Shown one piece after another: positions 1 to 12,246 of a DNA stretch of 32,000 bases. The notes under the pieces are model-generated. The model was not told the DNA's origin, made no database searches, and saw only the letters and a list, made by a program, of their open reading frames with translations. Each line of letters begins with the position of its first letter. Position 1 is the stretch's first letter. This stretch comes from Sinorhizobium meliloti (GTDB taxonomy: Bacteria; Pseudomonadota; Alphaproteobacteria; Rhizobiales; Rhizobiaceae). The translations under genes and the position numbers were made by a program. The stretch is taken from contig NZ_JAGIOS010000001.1 of assembly GCF_017876815.1 (NCBI RefSeq), forward strand, positions 3,720,001-3,752,000, read 5' to 3'.

Positions 1-4025
<4,025 letters not shown>

Positions 4026-4189
4026 CGTCGCTCCTTGTCAATCTTGCATCCGGGCCTGCAACGGACGGGAACCGATGGCCAGTCGACCCCGTCAATCAAT
4101 GGGTAGTTCAATCTCGTCCAGCATTCGAAAGACGCCAGCGCGGAATGCTGTGCTGTCCTTCGATCGGGACCATCCTCTTGAAGAACCCA

Positions 4190-4225
4190 TTACCCAAAAG
4201 CCGTTTTCGACAGGCTTTTGGGTAA
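4190..4225 (-). terminator. 13-bp perfect hairpin in the rplL-rpoB spacer (candidate attenuator or processing stem)
   Basis: TTACCCAAAAGCC (4190-4202) pairs with GGCTTTTGGGTAA (4213-4225) across a 10-nt loop. On the minus-strand RNA it is followed by UGGGUUCUUC, which is not a clean U-tract. Confidence 0.45.
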
Positions 4226-4248
4226 TATGTTCTAAAAACGGTCAAAGA

Positions 4249-4271
4249 GAGGCGGCCACGAGGGCCACCTC
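4249..4271 (-). terminator. 9-bp GC-rich hairpin about 20 nt downstream of the rplL stop (candidate partial terminator)
   Basis: The minus RNA reads GAGGUGGCC-CUCGU-GGCCGCCUC with one G.U pair. It is followed by UCUUUGACCGUUUUU. Confidence 0.45.
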
Positions 4272-4290
4272 CCTTTCGCATTTCGTCGAA

Positions 4291-4671
<381 letters not shown>

Positions 4672-4729
4672 TTTACTTTTCCTTTTGTTCGGTTCGAACT
4701 GGTTTTAAATGCAACAGCGAAATTCCGCC

Positions 4730-5248
4730 TCAGGCGGCTTCGTCCTTCTTGGCATAGGCCGAGAACACGCGGGCAAGCTGGCTTGCCGGTGCTGCGACAA
4801 CCGTCGCGACGCGGGTTGCCGGGGCGTTGATGAGGCCCAGCAGCTTCGCGCGCAGCTCGTCGAGCGAAGGCAGGGTCGCAAGCGACTTGACACCTTCGGC
4901 GTTGAGCGTGGTTGCCCCCATGGCGCCGCCCAGAACAACGAGCTTGTCGTTGGTCTTTGCGAAATCCATGACGACCTTCGGAGCCGTTACGGGGTCTTCG
5001 CTGAAAGCGATCAGCGTCTGCCCCTTGAAGAGATCGGTCATCCCTTCAGACTCCGTGCCCTGAAGAGCGATCTTGGCCAGGCGGTTTTTCGCGACTCTGA
5101 CGGTGCCGCCAGCAGCGCGCATCTTCGAACGGAAGTCGTTCATCTGCGCAACTGTGACACCAGCATAGTGGGCCACGACAACCGAACCGGAAGCCTTGAA
5201 GACTTCGTTCAGCTCCGTGACGAATTCGCGTTTTTCCGCTCTTTCCAC
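4730..5248 (-). CDS. rplJ: 50S ribosomal protein L10
   Basis: The track ORF 4730-5389 contains [44 protein letters not shown]... I place the start at the GTG at 5248 (172 aa), which is preceded by GGAGACAGACA. The upstream 47 codons of the ORF look like leader sequence, not protein. Confidence 0.9.
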   Translation of the reverse strand: MERAEKREFVTELNEVFKASGSVVVAHYAGVTVAQMNDFRSKMRAAGGTVRVAKNRLAKIALQGTESEGMTDLFKGQTLIAFSEDPVTAPKVVMDFAKTNDKLVVLGGAMGATTLNAEGVKSLATLPSLDELRAKLLGLINAPATRVATVVAAPASQLARVFSAYAKKDEAA

Positions 5249-5580
5249 TGTCTGTCTCCAGTTGGCAGGGTTGCTCATCGCAGCCCTGCCGGGTTTGCCT
5301 TTGTCACCCGGGATCATTCTCGATCCCAAGCAACGCTTGAGGATCCTGTCCCTTGGCGTTCCCGGGGAGCCGGGTCTGACACAAGGCAAGCGAGGTTCGA
5401 ACCGAATTCCGACGCGTCCGCGTCTTCGTGAAATTCAGATCTTACCCGTCTCATGCGGGCCAGGTGATTAAGGTAAAACCACCCGCAATCTCGGACAGGA
5501 GTTCCGGGCGGTAGGCCCGGAATTTCCGGCCCCGAAAGGCCGGAAATCTTGTTACGGGCCGAAGCCCGTCAAACTATCTA
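5249..5580 (-). promoter_or_regulatory. Highly structured 332-nt rplA-rplJ spacer; candidate L10(L12) autoregulatory leader and/or internal promoter
   Basis: Minus-strand hairpins include GGGC-UUCG-GCCC, AUUUCCGGCC-UUUCGG-GGCCGGAAAU (10 bp), CCGGGC-CUACC-GCCCGG, UGGGAUC-GAGAAU-GAUCCCG and GGCAGGG-N12-CCCUGCC just before the SD. A TTGACG hexamer lies right after the rplA stop. Confidence 0.4.
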
Positions 5581-6279
5581 TCAGGCAGCGCTGATCGTTG
5601 CCGGGTCGACCTTGAGGCCGGGGCCCATCGTCGAAGAAACAGCTACGCGCTTGACGTAGTTGCCCTTGGCGCCGGTCGGCTTTGCCTTGATCACGGCATC
5701 TGCGAAGGCCCGGATGTTCTCTTCGAGCGCCTTGGCATCGAAGGAAGCCTTGCCGATGCCGGCGTGAACGATACCTGCCTTCTCCACGCGGAACTCGACC
5801 GCGCCGCCCTTCGAAGCCTTCACGGCTCCGGTGACGTCCATGGTGACGGTGCCGACCTTCGGGTTCGGCATCATGCCACGGGGGCCGAGAACCTTACCGA
5901 GACGGCCGACGAGCGGCATCATGTCGGGGGTCGCAATGCAGCGATCGAAGTCGATCTTGCCGCCCTGGACGATTTCGACGAGCTCTTCCGCACCGACGAC
6001 GTCGGCGCCGGCAGCCTTGGCTTCGTCAGCCTTCGCGCCACGGGCGAAAACGGCGACGCGAACCGACCGGCCGGTGCCGTTCGGCAGATTGACCACGCCG
6101 CGGACCATCTGGTCGGCATGGCGCGGATCGACGCCGAGGTTCATCGCGACTTCGATCGTTTCGTCGAACTTGGCCGTCGCACGCTCCTTGACCAGCGTTA
6201 CGGCTTCGGTGAGGCCATAGAGCTTCGTCGGATCGACGCCCTCGCGGGACTTCTGTACACGCTTTGCAATCTTCGCCAT
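5581..6279 (-). CDS. rplA: 50S ribosomal protein L1
   Basis: ORF track gives 232 aa: [61 protein letters not shown]... Confidence 0.97.
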   Translation of the reverse strand: MAKIAKRVQKSREGVDPTKLYGLTEAVTLVKERATAKFDETIEVAMNLGVDPRHADQMVRGVVNLPNGTGRSVRVAVFARGAKADEAKAAGADVVGAEELVEIVQGGKIDFDRCIATPDMMPLVGRLGKVLGPRGMMPNPKVGTVTMDVTGAVKASKGGAVEFRVEKAGIVHAGIGKASFDAKALEENIRAFADAVIKAKPTGAKGNYVKRVAVSSTMGPGLKVDPATISAA

Positions 6280-6283
6280 GGTC

Positions 6284-6712
6284 TTAGCCCGTCACTTCCA
6301 GGCCCATGGAGCGGGCCGAGCCCTCAACCATCGCCATTGCGCCATCGATATCGGCCGCGTTGAGGTCCTTCATCTTGGCCTCTGCGATCGTGCGGATCTG
6401 AGCCTTGGAGATCGAGCCGGCCTTGGCCTTGCCCGGGGTCTTGGAGCCCGCCTGGACCTTCGCTTCGCGCTTCAGGAAGTAGCTGACCGGCGGCTGCTTC
6501 ATGACGAATGTGAAGGACTTGTCCTGGTAATAGGTGATGACGACCGGGATCGGCATACCCTTTTCCATTTCCTGCGTGGCGGCGTTGAACGCCTTGCAGA
6601 ATTCCATGATGTTAATGCCACGCTGACCAAGCGCAGGACCGATCGGCGGCGACGGATTCGCCGAGCCGGCCTTTACCTGCAGCTTGAGCTGGCCTGCAAC
6701 TTTCTTAGCCAT
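6284..6712 (-). CDS. rplK: 50S ribosomal protein L11
   Basis: ORF track gives 142 aa: [44 protein letters not shown]... Confidence 0.97.
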   Translation of the reverse strand: MAKKVAGQLKLQVKAGSANPSPPIGPALGQRGINIMEFCKAFNAATQEMEKGMPIPVVITYYQDKSFTFVMKQPPVSYFLKREAKVQAGSKTPGKAKAGSISKAQIRTIAEAKMKDLNAADIDGAMAMVEGSARSMGLEVTG

Positions 6713-6813
6713 TTCTCTCTGCCTTTCACTGCTCCTTTGCGGCGAGGCCGAAAAGGGAGCTCATCAGCCGGTTGCCCGGCCATTTGCCGATCGATCGATC
6801 GGCGGCTGCGGTT

Positions 6814-6862
6814 GCGTGGTGCGGATGAACCGACCCGGCTTAAGGTCGGAAACCTCCCACGC
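6814..6862 (-). promoter_or_regulatory. Candidate L1-binding mRNA structure (23S L1-stalk mimic) in the rplK leader
   Basis: The minus RNA reads GCGUGG-GAGGUUU-CCGACC-UUAAGCCG-GGUCGG-UUCAUCCGCA-CCACGC. It has a closing helix GCGUGG/CCACGC and an inner hairpin CCGACC/GGUCGG. The strings GUGGGAGG.UUU, CCGACCUU.AA and ACCAC resemble E. coli 23S H76-78 as I remember it. Confidence 0.4.
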
Positions 6863-6928
6863 GATGCGGATCGCTCCGCCGAACAGGCCGATGAATCGAC
6901 CTGCCCATTCCTATTGGCTTACGCTCTA

Positions 6929-7459
6929 TCAGACCTTTTCGACCTGGCCGTATTCCAGCTCGACAGGCGTCGCGCGGCCAAAGATCGACACCTCGACCTT
7001 CAAGCGCGACCGCTCTTCATCGACATCCTGAACGGTGCCGTTGAACGATGCGAAGGGGCCGTCGGAAACGCGGACCTGCTCGCCGATCTCGAACGAGACC
7101 GAAGGCTTCGGGCGCTCGACGCCGTCCTGCACCTGACCGAGAATGCGATCGGCCTCATGATCAGGAATCGGCACCGGCTTGCTGTCCGTACCAAGGAAAC
7201 CCGTCACTTTCGGCGTGTTCTTGATAAGGTGATAGGCCTCGTCGGTCAGATCGGCGCGAACGAGAACATAACCCGGAAAGAACTTCCGCTCCGCATCGAC
7301 TTTGCGTCCGCGACGGACCTCTACCACCTTCTCGGTCGGCACGAGGATCTTCTCGAAGAGATGGGTGAGGCCCTTCTGCTTGGCCTTCTCCTCGATCGAT
7401 TCGGCGACCTTCTTTTCAAAATTCGAATAGGCGTGAACAATATACCAGCGCGCAGCCAT
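6929..7459 (-). CDS. nusG: Transcription termination/antitermination factor NusG
   Basis: The track ORF 6929-7486 is used with an internal ATG at 7459, preceded by GGAGAG. It reads MAARWYIVHAYSNFEKKV...FPGYVLV... and carries a KOW motif, GEQVRVSDGPFASFNGTVQDVD. Length is 176 aa. Confidence 0.95.
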   Translation of the reverse strand: MAARWYIVHAYSNFEKKVAESIEEKAKQKGLTHLFEKILVPTEKVVEVRRGRKVDAERKFFPGYVLVRADLTDEAYHLIKNTPKVTGFLGTDSKPVPIPDHEADRILGQVQDGVERPKPSVSFEIGEQVRVSDGPFASFNGTVQDVDEERSRLKVEVSIFGRATPVELEYGQVEKV

Positions 7460-7475
7460 GCTACTCTCCACCCAA

Positions 7476-7676
7476 TCAAGCGCCAACGTTGAGGATCAGG
7501 CTCATCACCCAACCCAGCAACTGGTCCGCACCAAAGAAAAAGGCGGCGGCAAAAGAGACCATGACGAAAACCATCAGCGTCGAGATCGTCGTCTCGCGCC
7601 GTGAAGGCCAAGTCACTTTCGACGTTTCAGCGCGCACCTGCTGCAGAAACGCAAATGGATTTGTTTTGGATGCCAT
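7476..7676 (-). CDS. secE: Preprotein translocase subunit SecE
   Basis: The 66-aa product reads MASKTNPFAFLQQVRAETSKVTWPSRRETTISTLMVFVMVSFAAAFFFGADQLLGWVM, with a single TM segment. It sits in the conserved position upstream of nusG. Confidence 0.9.
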   Translation of the reverse strand: MASKTNPFAFLQQVRAETSKVTWPSRRETTISTLMVFVMVSFAAAFFFGADQLLGWVMSLILNVGA

Positions 7677-7748
7677 ATAATGCTCACGCCATTACGGCGC
7701 GTAAAGCCGACGTGTCAGCCCCACGCACCGCGTGTCTGTTTGGACCCT

Positions 7749-7777
7749 ACATAAAGACCGATTGCGAAAACCACAAG
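7749..7777 (-). promoter_or_regulatory. Candidate sigma-70 promoter for secE-nusG
   Basis: The minus strand reads CTTGTG (7777-7772), a 17-nt spacer, then TTATGT (7754-7749). It lies about 70 nt upstream of the secE ATG. Confidence 0.3.
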
Positions 7778-7858
7778 AGCCAATCAGCCTTTTTTGTGAA
7801 TATACAAAGACGGCCGTGCCGCCTTCCCACGCATCCCAACACGGCAGGATCGGGAGAA

Positions 7859-7934
<76 letters not shown>

Positions 7935-7982
7935 ACGGTGCCGCGACGCAACCCGAACCGGCTGCGTCCCAAGTCAGCGGCT

Positions 7983-8011
7983 TAATATTCAGTTTGCCGG
8001 ACGCTTTCAAG
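7983..8011 (-). promoter_or_regulatory. Candidate promoter for tRNA-Trp with an upstream T-rich (UP-like) tract
   Basis: The minus strand reads CTTGAA (8011-8006), a 16-17 nt spacer, then AATATT/ATATTA (7989-7983). Upstream on the minus strand is AATCTTTTTTGGCTTTTGC. The tRNA 5' end lies about 45 nt downstream. Confidence 0.35.
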
Positions 8012-8083
8012 CGCATTCGCAGCAAAAGCCAAAAAAGATTCGACAAAATTTCAGCGGACGCTCGATCGGCGGCTGCGACGCAG

Positions 8084-8168
8084 AGTGTGTGCGGTTTTCC
8101 GCTGCACCCGCGTCTCAACGTAACAGAATCGATCACCTTCATGATTTTGAGTCGACCCGACCTAAAAT
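8084..8168. repeat. Mosaic repeat module X, degenerate copy
   Basis: The first 19 nt, AGTGTGTGCGGTTTTCCGC, are identical to 27775-27793. GAATCGATCAC and GTCGACCCGACCTAAAA are also shared. The terminal hairpin has two mismatches relative to the 27822-27869 copy. Confidence 0.75.
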
Positions 8169-8382
8169 CCTCATCCCTGTGCTCGTCACAGGGATCCAGC
8201 CAGACCAAGTCCTTGGGCTGAAAGAACGCTTCCCGCGCCGCAGACGCGGCGCTGCTCTCATCTCTGTGACAAGCACAGAGATGAGGAGAGATTGCAGGCG
8301 ACAAAACCCACTAGAGCGCCAACGCCATTATCCATCTCGCAGCAGCCGTCATAAACTCAAGATGAATCTCAACATACCCTAG
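8168..8382. repeat. Mosaic repeat module Y (three hairpins), copy 1
   Basis: The first 56 nt are identical to 27497-27552 by hand alignment, and the rest is roughly nine-in-ten identical. Hairpins lie at 8173-8195 (9 bp), 8235-8252 (7 bp) and 8257-8285 (12 bp). Confidence 0.8.
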
Positions 8383-9272
8383 TCGTTCAGCCGCACATAT
8401 TTACGCCAATCATGCTCTTCCTTGAAACCAAGGACCTCGCGGATCTTGCGATTGGAAAGCAGCCCTTCGAATTCGCCGATCTCGCGCGTGAAGGGAACAT
8501 TCGGATAGAACTGCCTGGCCAATTCGCGCGAAGGCGTGTTGGCCGAGACCGTGTCGTTCGCGGCGTTGAATATCGCGAAGCCCAGGCCGTCCTTCTCAAC
8601 GCAGAGCTTCACGATCTGGCCGAGGTCGCGGGCATCGATATAGCTCCAGGCGATCCTTTTGCGGATCTCCGGATGGGCGAAATAATGCGGGAAGTCTGCA
8701 TATTCATGCGGCTCGATCACGTTGCCGATGCGCAAGGCGTAAATATCGAAGCCGGAGCGCTCCGCGAAGGCCCTCCCCGTCTTCTCGTTCACCACCTTGG
8801 AGAGCCCGTAGGAATCCATCGGATCGACATCGTAATCCTCTTCGAGAGGAAAATGATGGAAGTCACGGTGCCCCTCCGCAAAGCAGACGCCATAGGTCGT
8901 CTCGCTGGAAGCGACGATGATCTTTCGGATGCCGAGCTTCACCGCCGCCTCGATGACGTTGTAGGTCCCCATCACGTTGACCCGGAAGGTTTCGTTGTCG
9001 GGTTTGATGAGGATGCGCGGAATGGCCGCGAAATGCACGACGGCATCGAAGGGCTGCGTGCCGCGGTCGAGATCGGGGAAGTCCCGGTGCATCGACAGCG
9101 CATTGAACATCTGGCCGCTGTCGGTGATGTCGGCGATCAGATTGGTGACGCCGGGGCTGTCGAGCGGCACGAGATCGACATTGTGCACGTCATAGCCGGC
9201 CTCGACGAGATAGGGCACGGCGTGCCGCCCGGCCTTCCCCGAGCCGCCGGTAAACAGAATTCGCTTTTTCAT
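8379..9272 (-). CDS. NAD-dependent epimerase/dehydratase family protein (extended SDR)
   Basis: The 297-aa product has an N-terminal Rossmann motif FTGGSGKAG and the catalytic YxxxK motif (YGLSK). Specificity cannot be assigned. Confidence 0.9.
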   Translation of the reverse strand: MKKRILFTGGSGKAGRHAVPYLVEAGYDVHNVDLVPLDSPGVTNLIADITDSGQMFNALSMHRDFPDLDRGTQPFDAVVHFAAIPRILIKPDNETFRVNVMGTYNVIEAAVKLGIRKIIVASSETTYGVCFAEGHRDFHHFPLEEDYDVDPMDSYGLSKVVNEKTGRAFAERSGFDIYALRIGNVIEPHEYADFPHYFAHPEIRKRIAWSYIDARDLGQIVKLCVEKDGLGFAIFNAANDTVSANTPSRELARQFYPNVPFTREIGEFEGLLSNRKIREVLGFKEEHDWRKYVRLND

Positions 9273-9397
9273 GATATATCCCCACGCAGAAGAAGACGTG
9301 CTGCAGCGACTGTACTGTATGCGCCGCTCCGTAGGTTAGGTACTTTGCGCCTTTGCGCAAGATCGATCGTGCGTGCCACCGGGTGTTCCTGCCGGAT

Positions 9398-10063
9398 TCA
9401 CCACTTCAGACTATAGCGGACATCGACCACGCTCCGCGGCGCCAGCAACGGATCGGCGACCGCCGCGCCGAGGCGCAGATTTCCGAAATTCTGTTCCACT
9501 CCAATCCGGCTCACACCGCTGACGCCGTCACGCGAAACCTGGCTCTGCACGGTGAGCGACGTTCGGCTTGCGGGAGACACGAGCTTGGCGGATTGCGTCA
9601 GCCTCAGTTCGCTGCACCGGTTCTCATAGGCGTTGCATTGGAGAGCGATGCTCCTGTGGACCTCCGCATCGAGCGTGGGCGTGACGATCCAGCTGCGCGC
9701 AGTACCGGCGCCGAAGTTGCCGGTCCCTCGCAAGGCATTGTAATCCACGCTGACCTGAGAGGAACGCGTGACCGCCCCTCGCCCGCTCCCGCGCGAAACC
9801 GTTCCCCAGAGGCGGACCGGCGCGCCGGGCGGATTGATCTTGCCCGAGCGTGTGGCGTCCATCGAGACTTCGGCGCCGGCGGACGTGTTCCACCGCCCCG
9901 TCCGGCGAACGCCGAACCGGAATTTGTAGGCGTTGGCTCCGGTCTTGGAAGGCGACCAGATAAGCGGGCGGTCATCGGCGGCCGAGGCGAATTGCGGGGA
10001 CTTCCCGACGCAGATCAAAACGATGCCAGCCGCGGCAAGCCGCGTGGAAATACGTCTTCTCAT
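9398..10063 (-). CDS. Hypothetical exported protein, probable small outer-membrane beta-barrel
   Basis: The start is taken at the internal ATG at 10063. The signal peptide reads MRRRISTRLAAAGIVLICVGKSPQFASA. The protein shows alternating hydrophobic patterns and a C-terminal beta-signal-like ...VDVRYSLKW. I recognise no family. Confidence 0.65.
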   Translation of the reverse strand: MRRRISTRLAAAGIVLICVGKSPQFASAADDRPLIWSPSKTGANAYKFRFGVRRTGRWNTSAGAEVSMDATRSGKINPPGAPVRLWGTVSRGSGRGAVTRSSQVSVDYNALRGTGNFGAGTARSWIVTPTLDAEVHRSIALQCNAYENRCSELRLTQSAKLVSPASRTSLTVQSQVSRDGVSGVSRIGVEQNFGNLRLGAAVADPLLAPRSVVDVRYSLKW

Positions 10064-10356
10064 TGGATTCCAATCCTGCTGCATATGTCCTTTGACCGGA
10101 ACCGATCGAAGGACAAGACATGCACCAATTTCAACGCGCTACAGTGAAACCTTTGCGCGTTTGGCAAAGACGCGCGGCGCTGTAGGCCGCAACCGTTGCC
10201 ATTCGCAAGTCGTCAGGACCGGAAGGTAACACGGACCGGCGGCAAGGTCCCGTGATAATCGGACGTCGCGTGTGGGACTATGCAAACACTGTTGCAGACA
10301 TCACACGCGAAAGAGATCGCCCCACCGCTTCAAAAAGCGTTGATCTGGTAATCGCC

Positions 10357-10386
10357 AAAAGAAAAACCCCGCGGTTGCCCGCGGGG
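10357..10386 (-). terminator. Rho-independent terminator of tuf
   Basis: The minus RNA reads CCCCGCGG-GCAA-CCGCGGGG followed by UUUUUCUUUU. It begins 25 nt after the tuf stop. Confidence 0.85.
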
Positions 10387-10410
10387 TTCGAAGTCCGATC
10401 CGAACCGGAA

Positions 10411-11586
<1,176 letters not shown>

Positions 11587-11848
11587 GGGTACGCTTCCTG
11601 TGGTCAAATCGGATGGATCAGCCGGCGGGGCCGGTTTGTCGAGCCGTTTAAGGGTTTCGTCGCATTTGCGCAAGACTTAATTGCGTGCGCCGGAACGGCA
11701 AGGTCTCGCCTCCTTAGAAAGGCAGCGGCAAGCGGCGGCAGAAGCACCCAAAGCGCAACGCCTCAGGCCGGAAAACAGAACGTAAACAGGCGCATGCGGC
11801 ACAAACCTAAAGTGCAGCGGAATTTTTGTTATGCTTTGAAAAAGAAGC

Positions 11849-11922
11849 TGGAGCGGGTAGCGGGAATCGAACCCGCGTATTCAGCTTGGAAGGCTGCTGC
11901 TCTACCATTGAGCTATACCCGC
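11849..11922 (-). tRNA. tRNA-Gly (anticodon UCC)
   Basis: The reverse complement is GCGGGTATAGCTCAATGGTAGAGCAGCAGCCTTCCAAGCTGAATACGCGGGTTCGATTCCCGCTACCCGCTCCA. It is 74 nt with anticodon loop CUUCCAA. Confidence 0.97.
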
Positions 11923-11945
11923 GGGCCTTCGATCCTGAAGCAGAA

Positions 11946-12030
11946 TGGTGGAGGGAGTTGGATTTGAACCAACGTAGGCTGAGCCAACGGATTTACAGTC
12001 CGTCCCCTTTAACCACTCGGGCATCCCTCC
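11946..12030 (-). tRNA. tRNA-Tyr (anticodon GUA)
   Basis: The reverse complement is GGAGGGATGCCCGAGTGGTTAAAGGGGACGGACTGTAAATCCGTTGGCTCAGCCTACGTTGGTTCAAATCCAACTCCCTCCACCA. It is 85 nt with a long variable arm. Confidence 0.97.
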
Positions 12031-12116
12031 ATTTTTCTGTCGGGATCAATCGACCAAGCATTTGAGATCGCGTAAGAACCGGCGCCGTTTGTCGCCGCCC
12101 CTCGATCTGCGCCGGG

Positions 12117-12145
12117 TATATGACCGCCTGCATTCGTCCTGTCAA
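12117..12145 (-). promoter_or_regulatory. Near-consensus sigma-70 promoter for the tRNA-Tyr/tRNA-Gly/tuf operon
   Basis: The minus strand reads TTGACA (12145-12140), a 17-nt spacer, then CATATA (12122-12117). It lies about 85 nt upstream of the tRNA-Tyr 5' end. Confidence 0.55.
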
Positions 12146-12246
12146 CACGGCGAAATGCAAATTTTCAGAATTTCTCCACAGGCGGCCGCAGCGGCGATTT
12201 TCCGAAATCAGTTTCAACCCGGGACGAAGCTCACTATAAGACCGGC

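Noticed and set aside
5249-5389. Upstream extensions of track ORFs for rplJ (to 5389), nusG (to 7486), tuf (to 11673), the VOC protein (from 15263), the aminotransferase (to 29101), azoR (to 14134) and the OMP-like gene (to 10084).
   Set aside because: In each case an internal start codon has an SD and yields the canonical family N-terminus or a proper signal peptide. The extra residues have no counterpart in the families.
8089-8382. Plus-strand ORFs inside module Y (8089-8382 and 27508-27759). They share VLVTGIQPDQVLGLK and QRH.PSRSSRHKL.MNLN.P, end at the same aligned stop, and stay in frame across the 45-nt indel. The minus-strand ORFs 7933-8304 and 27058-27603 share FFQPKDLVWLDPCDEHRDE.
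   Set aside because: Between the conserved ends the two copies are frame-shifted relative to each other by single-nt indels, so the middle peptides are unrelated. Conservation tracks the hairpin stems, with compensatory changes, and not codons. The composition is Arg/Ser-rich junk. The net in-frame indels are compatible with chance.
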